Part shown: positions 50,367 to 58,211 of the stretch, piece by piece
Layout: each line of letters opens with the position of its first letter
Position numbering within the stretch: position 1 is the first letter of the stretch
From: a candidate division WWE3 bacterium RIFCSPHIGHO2_01_FULL_40_23
GTDB lineage: Bacteria; Patescibacteriota; WWE3; UBA101185; 2-01-FULL-41-18
DNA length: 64,000 nucleotides
Assembly (NCBI GenBank): GCA_001772615.1
Contig: MEUZ01000003.1
Coordinates: forward strand, 109,698 to 173,697
Reading direction: 5' to 3'
The notes under the pieces: model-generated
What the model was told of the DNA's origin: nothing
The model's database searches: none
Seen by the model: only the letters and a program-made list of their open reading frames with translations
Program-made: the position numbers and the translations under genes

Positions 50367-51881
50367 TTATGTAACTTTAATCTCTTTCATAGAAATTTTT
50401 GGCACGGGAAGGCAATCCGCCAGCTGCGGGTTGCATTGATTTTCAGGATCCTCCTTCTTCCCTCCTGTTTCCAACTTCAGAGAATCAGGCTTTTTAATAA
50501 CTGTGAACTGTGACCCTCTAGTTGTCATTCCCATTGAACAGCTAAATGCGAGAGAGCCTTCTCCATTAGGAGTAAACTTTATTGATTCGGTCTTATCGGG
50601 AGGAAGGTATTTTGTGATACCAAGCTTTGGAACCGTTATTACTTTCGCGCACCCCGACGCTTTTGAGGAATCTATCCACCATTCCACAGGAACACCCTCA
50701 TAAATAGTGAACTTTGAAGGGTAATACTCAAGACCCTCTATCCTCATCTTAATCACCTGAACACCGTTTATAATTTCACCGGTTATTTCCGAGCCAAGAA
50801 CCTCCTCACTCCCATGGTTAACATCAAAAGTTACTCTGGGGAGATTCAGACTCACACCCGATAAAACCATCCCGTTATTAAAGTTAAAAAGGCCAAGTAG
50901 CACTACAACCGCGCCGGAAAACTTAAGGAAATACCCATGAACCCTCCCCTTAACAAAACTTGAAATAACACCAAGCGACATTAGGGCAGGCAGGGTGCCA
51001 AGCGAAAACATAAACATCGTGATCGCGCCAACCGCAAAACTCCCTCTCGTAAGTACATACAATTGGAGTGCCTGCGTAAAACCACACGGAAGAAAAAAGG
51101 TCAAAGCCCCGAGGACAAAGGGAGCTTGAAGCCTTCCGTTCTCATTTAAGGCTTCTATTTTATGCCCGATAAACTTAGGAATTTTAGGTTGAAGTTTCGA
51201 AACCAACGGGAAAATTCCCAAAATCTGAAGGCCCAGAATAAGCATCACAACACTAACAACCATCGTCACAAAACCTGTAAAACTAGGCGAGTAGGAAAAA
51301 AAGGAACCGAAACTTCCAAGAAGGCCTCCCAGAAGAGTGTAAGAAGCAATTCTACCTACGTTAAAAAGAGCAAAGGGCTTAAACTTTTCAACGCCGCTTA
51401 AATTTGGATTTTGTTTGCTGTATCTTGCCGCACAGGCAAGAAGAAGACCTCCCGTTACTGCAATGCATGTTGAGACTGCAGCCGTTAAGCCAAGAAGAAA
51501 CACAAAACCATAACTCATGGTATCGGAAATGGCAATTTCAGGAGCCAGCTTTAATCCTCTTAAGATAAAATACCCCGCTACAACGATAAGAAAAATTGCG
51601 CCGGTTTCAAGGTGCTCCTTCTTGTCATCACTCGCAGGAGGAATATTTCCTAAAGATGGATCAAAAACCGTGTAGCCGTATTTATTAACCGCTTGGTTTA
51701 GCTCTGAAAGCGAAGGCCTTTTAGCGCATCTTAACTGGGCTGTTCCCATTGCCTGATCGGCTTTAACCTCTCTTACACCGTTAATCTTAGAGAGCTCTCT
51801 TTCTATCAACAGTTCACAGCTAGCACAGTGCATACCTTTTATTTTAAGCTTCACTTTTTTTATCTTATTCTCATTTTCCAT
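50367..51881 (-). CDS. Three-domain fusion: an N-terminal HMA metal-binding domain, a DsbD/CcdA-like polytopic permease, and a C-terminal cupredoxin-like domain.
   Basis: The N-terminus contains GMHCASC. The middle is multi-TM and contains FLPCGFTQALQ. The C-terminal sequence LAFSCSMGMTTRGSQFTV is paralogous to the 50001..50360 cupredoxin. Confidence 0.6.
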   Translation of the reverse strand: MENENKIKKVKLKIKGMHCASCELLIERELSKINGVREVKADQAMGTAQLRCAKRPSLSELNQAVNKYGYTVFDPSLGNIPPASDDKKEHLETGAIFLIVVAGYFILRGLKLAPEIAISDTMSYGFVFLLGLTAAVSTCIAVTGGLLLACAARYSKQNPNLSGVEKFKPFALFNVGRIASYTLLGGLLGSFGSFFSYSPSFTGFVTMVVSVVMLILGLQILGIFPLVSKLQPKIPKFIGHKIEALNENGRLQAPFVLGALTFFLPCGFTQALQLYVLTRGSFAVGAITMFMFSLGTLPALMSLGVISSFVKGRVHGYFLKFSGAVVVLLGLFNFNNGMVLSGVSLNLPRVTFDVNHGSEEVLGSEITGEIINGVQVIKMRIEGLEYYPSKFTIYEGVPVEWWIDSSKASGCAKVITVPKLGITKYLPPDKTESIKFTPNGEGSLAFSCSMGMTTRGSQFTVIKKPDSLKLETGGKKEDPENQCNPQLADCLPVPKISMKEIKVT

Positions 51882-51941
51882 ATACTTAGTATAACCTAAT
51901 TATAGACTAGGTTTGATAAATGATTGCAAGGTCATCAAATT

Positions 51942-52325
51942 TTATTTCAGGTTTTGCCAAAGGCCAATCACATTGCCTTCAGTATCGGTAACTCTTGCAT
52001 AAAGTCCCATATCCCCTACTTTCATTTCTGGTGTAACAACCTTTCCCCCGGCTTCCTCAACTTTATCTAAAGATCTTTGAAGCGACGCAACAGATAGAAC
52101 TATCACAACCGATTCAGATGGTGACTGCCTTTTCATCATTCCGCCGTTAATTGCACCCGACTCCTTGGGCATTCCCTTGTCATCAGTCTCAACAGTGTGA
52201 ACAAAATAATAATCCGATGTATCAAGAGGCGCTTTATGTATCTCCCACCCGAAAACATCACCGTAAAACTTTTGGGCTCTTTCTACATTGTCCGCGGGAA
52301 CTTCAAAATGAACTACTTTATCCAT
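51942..52325 (-). CDS. VOC (glyoxalase/bleomycin-resistance fold) family protein.
   Basis: The sequence reads MDKVVHFEVPADNVERAQKFYGDVFGWEI...GNVIGLWQ. Confidence 0.65.
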   Translation of the reverse strand: MDKVVHFEVPADNVERAQKFYGDVFGWEIHKAPLDTSDYYFVHTVETDDKGMPKESGAINGGMMKRQSPSESVVIVLSVASLQRSLDKVEEAGGKVVTPEMKVGDMGLYARVTDTEGNVIGLWQNLK

Positions 52326-52464
52326 ATTTCCTCCTAAAATTTTTTACTTGAATTTATATTCTAGACCTTGAATAGATATATATCAATATATGTGCCATTC
52401 CTGCAAGTTTGTCATTCCCGCGCTTGCCCGCCCTCTTGGCGGGAAAGCGGGAATCTAAAAAATG

Positions 52465-52500
52465 GGGCAGTGCCTGATTTACAAACACTGCCCAAAAAAG
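52465..52500 (-). terminator. Rho-independent terminator hairpin on the minus strand. A second GC-rich hairpin lies at 52414..52454.
   Basis: On the minus strand GGGCAGUG, a 13-nt loop, then CACUGCCC is followed by CAUUUUUUAG. The adjacent imperfect palindrome reads ATTCCCGCGCTTGCCCGCC-ctctt-GGCGGGAAAGCGGGAAT. Confidence 0.45.
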
Positions 52501-52509
52501 CGCTATTTG

Positions 52510-52728
52510 TCAGCGTACAGAAACTATCCAGGCCTGTCGCTGAATTGCCTCATACACCCTCTTTGGATATGGAGGAAGAAAAGCTGGGGCAACGTTATCC
52601 ACCCCATTGTGCGCGGCAAGCGCCATAATGACGCCACTCGGGTTTTCCCCCTCCCCTCTCACTGCTTCAGCCTTTAAGTCTTCAAGCGAAACCGGAATCC
52701 CTTCAAGAAGCTGGTCAACCACAGTCAT
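52510..52728 (-). CDS. Small GC-rich ORF of 72 aa. It may be a gene fragment or a small protein.
   Basis: The ORF is followed by a minus-strand terminator. Its local GC content is much higher than the surroundings. No family was recognised. Confidence 0.3.
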   Translation of the reverse strand: MTVVDQLLEGIPVSLEDLKAEAVRGEGENPSGVIMALAAHNGVDNVAPAFLPPYPKRVYEAIQRQAWIVSVR

Positions 52729-52881
52729 TTTCGTCTTCTCCTTTGTGAAGTTTAGTAAATACTATCAAAAAGCGAGAAGCGGTGTCATCTCGTTTAATTT
52801 AATGGCACCCTCCTAAACCTCAAATCCAGCGGTAAGAAACAAGAAAAACTCCCCATTTACTTTGGTATTATAATTTCCACT

Positions 52882-53616
52882 ATGCTGACCAAAGCACAAC
52901 TTCAAAGCAACTTAAATAAAAATCCAATGGTCCTTAGACGACTAAGAACCTTAAAACTGGCGGAAGGGATCAATCCTAAATTCCGCACTCCCCATATTGT
53001 AGGTGGTTACCTTAGGAATATATTGCTAGGACATGAGCCAAAAGACTGTGATGTTGTATTTCAGGGCTATCAGCTAAACCAACCGGGTATTTTAGAAGCG
53101 GTAAGAGAGGCTGAAAGAAGACTAAAAATTGACTCCTACCCAAATTGGGACTTTGAAAATGTTCTGGCAACAGGTGTTACAAATGATTTTTATGAAAATA
53201 CTATTGGAAGATACTCACACCACACTGACTACTTGACACTTTTACTTATAGACACAAGCGGTACGTTATACCTGGGGGATAATAAAACACTTTCGGGTCT
53301 TGAAGGGAGAACTTTTGATTTGCGTTTTCCCGGAGTAGAAATTTGGGTAAACCACCGCGCAAAAGGAAAAAGCTATGTTTACTGCCTAATAGGAGATTTA
53401 ATAAGAGGATTGTATCTTGGGCAGCTTCTTAACCTTAAATACTCACTAATAGCGGAATTCTTATTGAGTTATTTTGACGTTTTCTTTAAAAGTTTAAGCC
53501 CGGAAGATCAACAGACAAGACAAGCCTTTTGGATGAAAAAGACGGGATGTGACCCTAAGTATCAACATATCCTTGACCGCTTCGGAGTGAAATCTTTGAA
53601 AGCAACCGCTTCATAA
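52882..53616 (+). CDS. Short nucleotidyltransferase with a poly(A) polymerase/CCA-adding-enzyme head-domain motif.
   Basis: HIVGGYLRNILLGHEPKDCDVVF matches the GGxVRDxLLG..pKDxD head-domain signature. At 244 aa the protein is too short for a full CCA-adding enzyme. Confidence 0.5.
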   Translation: MLTKAQLQSNLNKNPMVLRRLRTLKLAEGINPKFRTPHIVGGYLRNILLGHEPKDCDVVFQGYQLNQPGILEAVREAERRLKIDSYPNWDFENVLATGVTNDFYENTIGRYSHHTDYLTLLLIDTSGTLYLGDNKTLSGLEGRTFDLRFPGVEIWVNHRAKGKSYVYCLIGDLIRGLYLGQLLNLKYSLIAEFLLSYFDVFFKSLSPEDQQTRQAFWMKKTGCDPKYQHILDRFGVKSLKATAS

Positions 53617-53843
53617 GCTGTGATTAGAAACTACTTGACCTCTGAGCCAAATAATCACTCTTTTGTATATAGTTTCAGTTTTAGGGAATTCAAATTATAA
53701 TAAATACCATAAATAAACAAATTATAGGCATAAATCTAGAAGAAGGACTAATTAAGAAAAAGGGAAGTTTTAAATATGGCCTAGCGTTCATATTTTCAAC
53801 CTTCATATGGACCTATTTTTTTATTAATACATTCATCCTAAAT

Positions 53844-54995
53844 TTGGATTATTTCCTTTTAAATAGGGTCGATCCTGATTTGATCACGTTGCTAAACTAC
53901 AAATTTATCCTGACACTTTTACTATTCTCCATATTTCTGTTGCTTATCAATACAAGTATTTTTCCTTACATGTTGCACATCTTGATTTTCTCATTAATAC
54001 TACCCATTTACATTATTCTTATGTTTTGGAAATCGAAAAACTGGCTACTAACTTTTTCAATTGTTGATAATTTAATTGAGGGTTTAACACACTTTAAAAG
54101 AAAATTTATATTAGTAACCTTGTTGATTATGTCAACGGTAGTAATATTTAACTTCGAAAGTGCGGTATTACTATACGCTACCAGTTTATTCTTATTAATC
54201 TATTTACTAATAACATACTTCATTGCTTTTACTAAACCTTTTAAAAAATCAATATTATTTGAATCATTTTCTAACTTATCCATTAAACTTACCAAATCAT
54301 CCTTCACTAAGAGACTTATAGAAATTAATGAAGAATTAAGAGGCAAAGAACTTAACACATTCAACCAAACCCAAGAAATACTATATGCAAACAACCTCCA
54401 ATTAGCTGTGATCGCTCATAGAGGTATGTATTTTATAGCAAACAAATTATCAATGTATAAAAAGAGTAGAATTTACCTTTACCATATTTCAATAAATATT
54501 ATATTTCTCTTTTTATTTTCTGCTTTTATTTTTAGCCTTATAAATTTTGCGTTATATAAGATTAGCTCTAGCAATTTCGCCTACTCTGGTACTTTTGGTT
54601 GGTTTGACTTTTTATACTACAGCTCTTTTGCAATGTTTTCAGGTGGTTCTGAAAATCTTTCTCCAGTATCCATCTTATCCAAAGTAATAAAAATGATAAT
54701 GTTAGTATCTGCAGGTATTATCATTTTAACTATAATTCTTAATGTTTCCTTCCTAGTAAAAGGTGAGAAGTATAAAGAAGATATTGACGAATTAGCTGAA
54801 ACTTTAAAGAAAAACAGTGAATATTTTCAAAATTTTATATCTGAAGAATATAACTTATCAATTTTTCAGGCAATAGAAATACTGCATAAGCTGAAATCCG
54901 GTTTTATTACCCTTATATTCATGCTTTCTCAGGACATACCAGGAATAGAAAATTTAAGGTCAGAAGATGAATCAAAGAAAGACAACAATAAGTAA
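53844..54995 (+). CDS. Polytopic membrane protein of unknown function in an AT-rich accessory segment.
   Basis: The 383-aa protein has 8 or more hydrophobic helices. Its codon usage is extremely AT-rich compared with its neighbours. Confidence 0.45.
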   Translation: MDYFLLNRVDPDLITLLNYKFILTLLLFSIFLLLINTSIFPYMLHILIFSLILPIYIILMFWKSKNWLLTFSIVDNLIEGLTHFKRKFILVTLLIMSTVVIFNFESAVLLYATSLFLLIYLLITYFIAFTKPFKKSILFESFSNLSIKLTKSSFTKRLIEINEELRGKELNTFNQTQEILYANNLQLAVIAHRGMYFIANKLSMYKKSRIYLYHISINIIFLFLFSAFIFSLINFALYKISSSNFAYSGTFGWFDFLYYSSFAMFSGGSENLSPVSILSKVIKMIMLVSAGIIILTIILNVSFLVKGEKYKEDIDELAETLKKNSEYFQNFISEEYNLSIFQAIEILHKLKSGFITLIFMLSQDIPGIENLRSEDESKKDNNK

Positions 54996-55079
54996 TATTA
55001 ACATGTCAAATTAAAAATTTCTCTTCTGCTCTTGTATTTTCTTAGTTGAGCCTTCTCTCAGAAACCCGCGAGAATAAGT

Positions 55080-55140
55080 TGGTGACCCCCCTCAGAGACG
55101 TATTTCGAACACCTTTGCAAGAACCTAGTTCACACATACG
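55080..55140. repeat. Degenerate direct repeat (copy A) derived from the tRNA-Glu 3' end, a putative relict att site.
   Basis: The sequence tGGTGACCCccctcagagacgtaTTTCGAACaCCtttgcaagaaCCTAgTTCAcAcaTACG is compared with copy B at 56131..56188 and with the antisense of the tRNA-Glu 3' end, tGGTGACCCtggggggaTTCGAACcCC. Confidence 0.55.
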
Positions 55141-55193
55141 AATGTTTAAAAGAGGCATACTTTACGAATTATTACAAAAAAAGTGAGTGAAAA

Positions 55194-55409
55194 CTATTCT
55201 ATATCAAACATATAAGAACATATCAACCTCGCGCTAACGCCAGAGGGAAGATTTACACTTGATCCGCCACACTTGTTAAAATTCCCACCTCTTACAAAAC
55301 AATCTAATTTATATAGAGTGGTTTTTGTCAGACCACCACTAGTACCATAATATACATTTCCCAGAGAATATAGCCATACCCTTAATCCAATCAAAAACAA
55401 AACGACCAA
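55194..55409 (-). CDS. Small secreted or membrane Cys-containing protein of 71 aa.
   Basis: The hydrophobic N-terminus reads MVVLFLIGLRVWLYSL. It lies in a cassette between the att-like repeats. Confidence 0.3.
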   Translation of the reverse strand: MVVLFLIGLRVWLYSLGNVYYGTSGGLTKTTLYKLDCFVRGGNFNKCGGSSVNLPSGVSARLICSYMFDIE

Positions 55410-55448
55410 AGATATCCAGATTAATGGTTTTTTAGCATATTTTATTTT

Positions 55449-55628
55449 CTAGAAATATATGGACTGCTCCTTTAATTCAGAATCCCAGAACCATTTACAG
55501 ACGTCATAATTGCCTGTCCGCTCATTAAATCTGCATCTTCTTAGAAGTGAATTGTTATTTCCAAATATAGGAACTAAACTCAAAAGCAGTAAGATGACAA
55601 GAATCAACAATATAACTAAATACTTCAT
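55449..55628 (-). CDS. Small signal-peptide peptide of 59 aa. It is not in the ORF track because it is under 60 aa.
   Basis: The sequence is MKYLVILLILVILLLLSLVPIFGNNNSLLRRCRFNERTGNYDVCKWFWDSELKEQSIYF. Its ATG overlaps the stop of the upstream gene (ATGA). Confidence 0.35.
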   Translation of the reverse strand: MKYLVILLILVILLLLSLVPIFGNNNSLLRRCRFNERTGNYDVCKWFWDSELKEQSIYF

Positions 55629-55936
55629 AATTTAATCTTTTTATTCCTTAAAACAATACTAACATTAACTAGTACTAAAGAGATTACAAACCAGAATACT
55701 AGATCAATGATCAGATTTTTTCGATCGATGGCTGTACCTCCAGGAGTTAAAATCCTTCCTTCGGAATCATGCATTAATACACCGCCCCCTCGGACAATAT
55801 AGTAGGTGAGAGGAAGCCCTTTTTTACCTGTGCATCCTGCCAAGCAGTCAATCGGGGGTTGAGTGTAAAATGATGGATAAACAAAAATTAACGAAAGAAT
55901 AATAAATAGAGATATTGAGATAAGTATCTTCTTCAC
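55625..55936 (-). CDS. Small membrane protein of 103 aa, with an N-terminal signal anchor and a C-terminal TM segment.
   Basis: The sequence reads MKKILISISLFIILSLIFVYP...DLVFWFVISLVLVNVSIVL. It is translationally coupled to the downstream peptide. Confidence 0.4.
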   Translation of the reverse strand: MKKILISISLFIILSLIFVYPSFYTQPPIDCLAGCTGKKGLPLTYYIVRGGGVLMHDSEGRILTPGGTAIDRKNLIIDLVFWFVISLVLVNVSIVLRNKKIKL

Positions 55937-56130
55937 TAATTACATTCTAACACTCGGCTATTAACTAATAAATTACATTTCACAATAGGTAGTGGTAACC
56001 CAGAGGGAATTCGGTCACAACTCTCGCTTCGCTCGGTCGCGACCCCGCCTCCTTCGCTGACGCTCAGCCCGGCATTCGAACCCCTGCATGCTGATCTTAA
56101 AGTTTTTCCCTCTGCCAATGGACTACTTGC

Positions 56131-56188
56131 TGGTGACTCACAGTGACGTATTTCGAACACCTTACCGGCAGCCTAATTCATACCTACG
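56131..56188. repeat. Degenerate direct repeat (copy B) derived from the tRNA-Glu 3' end.
   Basis: The sequence is tGGTGACtCacagtgacgtaTTTCGAACaCCttaccggcagCCTAaTTCAtAccTACG. It shares about 80 percent identity with copy A over about 57 nt. Confidence 0.55.
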
Positions 56189-56385
56189 TAAAACTCCAGG
56201 AGCTCGGTTTTACCTACCATAATGTCAATATAGCCGTAATTGAAGACTATGGACAGGAGAATCCCCATGTTTAAGTCCTCTTTGTACGACGAGCTATAGT
56301 CTCTCAAAATATAATATCCACGGCCTCCCGAAAAGGTATATTCAAAACATATTTCTTTACGAGCAAGAAAAATTTTACCAAACCG

Positions 56386-57510
56386 TCAGTTTAAGTCGCC
56401 GCACCAGGCGAGAAATAGTGAATCTGATAAAGGTAAATGACGGATACCGATAGCAAGAGGACGGCCTAAACGTAGATTTTGGAGAGAAATATTCAGAATT
56501 GTTTCTGATTTTCCAGGGGCAGAATTGGTTTTAAGTCCGTTAATCACTTCTGTTAAGGGATACGCTACCAATCCAATGGCAAGGCAAGACCCCTTATAAA
56601 TATTTGCGGGTGGTTTTCCAGCCATAAAGTCTAATTGAATCACAATTTTTGTTTTTTCATTGCCTAGATCAGTAAGTGTCGCAATACTCACACCATTTCC
56701 TTCTCCGCTGTTTTGAGGGGTTAAGGGTATATAATATGTATCGTTTGTAAAAGTTTTCAAATTTTCAGCAACATATGGTGTTTGGGATATGTCAGGCGTT
56801 TCAGTTGAAGTAGTTGAAGTATTTGATCTCCACTGAAAAGTTCTCAATATTGTATCTGTTTCTTTAAAGAAATCAGCATAAAGACTGACGGGTGTCCAGC
56901 CCTCAACCTCTGCTTTTATTTGGTGTAAATAATTTATACAAATCTGTTTTTTGGTAATGTCAAGCAAGTCGCATCTGATCCTTTCGACGACAGGCTTGGA
57001 GAGTACAAAAGTGAGATCCTTATTTTTATCGGTAATAAGATCTATTGACGTGACTCTTTGACTTCCCACCACACTTGTGCGGCTTATTACATTGTTGTCC
57101 ATGTTGATCACCAACATGTCTTTTGATACTGGACCTTGATCCATGGAGGTTTCATCCACCCACGTGTCAGTTTTTGTATTATAGATTGATCGGGAAAGTT
57201 GACCAGAAAATTGTATATCTTCGATACCTTTAACGAGGGTAATTGTTGCAACGCTCAAATATTTTATGTCTGCCTCAGTAAATAATTTAGGGGTTATGAG
57301 AAATTTTTCTAGACATACTCCGTTAAATTTGTTATCGCAATCAGTTTTCGTAATAGAGAAACTGTTTGGCACCTGAAAAGAATAACCGTACGTATCGCTT
57401 CTATAAGTGTCGACAATTTGATTTTTACCCTGATTCAGTCCGGTCAAATAAATAATTCTAGCTATACATAACAATGCAAAAGCGCTGATAATTAAAATTA
57501 CTTTTTTCAT
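56386..57510 (-). CDS. Secreted protein of unknown function (about 375 aa) with an N-terminal signal peptide.
   Basis: The start is taken at MKKVILIISAFALLCIA. The track ORF runs further into the tRNA gene, and that extension was rejected. Confidence 0.55.
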   Translation of the reverse strand: MKKVILIISAFALLCIARIIYLTGLNQGKNQIVDTYRSDTYGYSFQVPNSFSITKTDCDNKFNGVCLEKFLITPKLFTEADIKYLSVATITLVKGIEDIQFSGQLSRSIYNTKTDTWVDETSMDQGPVSKDMLVINMDNNVISRTSVVGSQRVTSIDLITDKNKDLTFVLSKPVVERIRCDLLDITKKQICINYLHQIKAEVEGWTPVSLYADFFKETDTILRTFQWRSNTSTTSTETPDISQTPYVAENLKTFTNDTYYIPLTPQNSGEGNGVSIATLTDLGNEKTKIVIQLDFMAGKPPANIYKGSCLAIGLVAYPLTEVINGLKTNSAPGKSETILNISLQNLRLGRPLAIGIRHLPLSDSLFLAWCGDLN

Positions 57511-57596
57511 ATTTCTAAGTTCGCTTATTAGCGGTTTGCTTCTTTGGTGCACTGGTGGGGGGAACAGCAACCCTACCTCTTTTGTGATTTCCAAAA

Positions 57597-57673
57597 TGGT
57601 GACCCTGGGGGGATTCGAACCCCCGGTCTTCGCCCTGAGAAGGCGACGTCCTAAACCGCTAGACGACAGGGCC
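57597..57673 (-). tRNA. tRNA-Glu (anticodon CUC).
   Basis: The sequence is GGCCCTGTCGTCTAGCGGTTTAGGACGTCGCCTTCTCAGGGCGAAGACCGGGGGTTCGAATCCCCCCAGGGTCACCA. It folds into a cloverleaf with a 7-bp acceptor stem, a TTCGAAT T-loop and an encoded CCA end. Confidence 0.85.
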
Positions 57674-57773
57674 ACAAAACCCACTTCTGCTTCATGGGAT
57701 CCCCACTTTCGTGGGGATGACGGTGCGACCGTCATTTTTGCATTATACCATCAGGAATAATATACTTTAGAAA

Positions 57774-58211
57774 ATGGGAAATCTTACACCTGCCAAAATT
57801 AAACTATCCGCGGTACTACTCGTAGTAGCCGTTGTTTCCATTTTATCTGTTTACAACTTTCAAAAATTTAAACCAAACGTCTCAAGCGCACGAAGAGCCA
57901 AGGAAGGGGAACAAGCAGGTATCCACCTTCCTTCGGACCTTCCAATACCTTTGAATTCCAAAGAATTAAGCACTGTCCAAAGTACTGACAATATCCAGAT
58001 GAATCTTGAATCAGAAGAAAAATCCGAAAGCATTTACAACTTTTACAAAAACATCCTTCTTGATAAAGGCTGGAGTATAAAAAGCAATGCCGTTACGGAA
58101 AACGGATATGTCACAAACTATCAGAAAGACGAAAACGAACTGATAATTTCAATAACACGGGACAATTCAATTAATAAAAGCATAGTGGGGATTGAATTCT
58201 CCAAGGACTAA
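57774..58211 (+). CDS. Hypothetical signal-anchored protein of 145 aa.
   Basis: The N-terminal TM segment reads LSAVLLVVAVVSILSV, and the C-terminal domain is soluble. Confidence 0.45.
   Translation: MGNLTPAKIKLSAVLLVVAVVSILSVYNFQKFKPNVSSARRAKEGEQAGIHLPSDLPIPLNSKELSTVQSTDNIQMNLESEEKSESIYNFYKNILLDKGWSIKSNAVTENGYVTNYQKDENELIISITRDNSINKSIVGIEFSKD

Noticed and set aside
53844-54995. Possible K+ channel, based on a TFGWFD segment.
   Set aside because: There is no GYG/GFG selectivity filter or pore-helix pattern, so the protein is kept as a generic membrane protein.
55936-56160. A 74-aa GC-rich minus-strand ORF.
   Set aside because: The composition is unlike the local coding sequence. The region instead contains tRNA-like or att-like sequence (TTCGAACCCCTGC) and overlaps repeat copy B.
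57511-57735. N-terminal extension of the track ORF 56386..57735.
   Set aside because: The extension reads antisense through tRNA-Glu. A proper signal-peptide start (MKKVILII...) exists at 57510.
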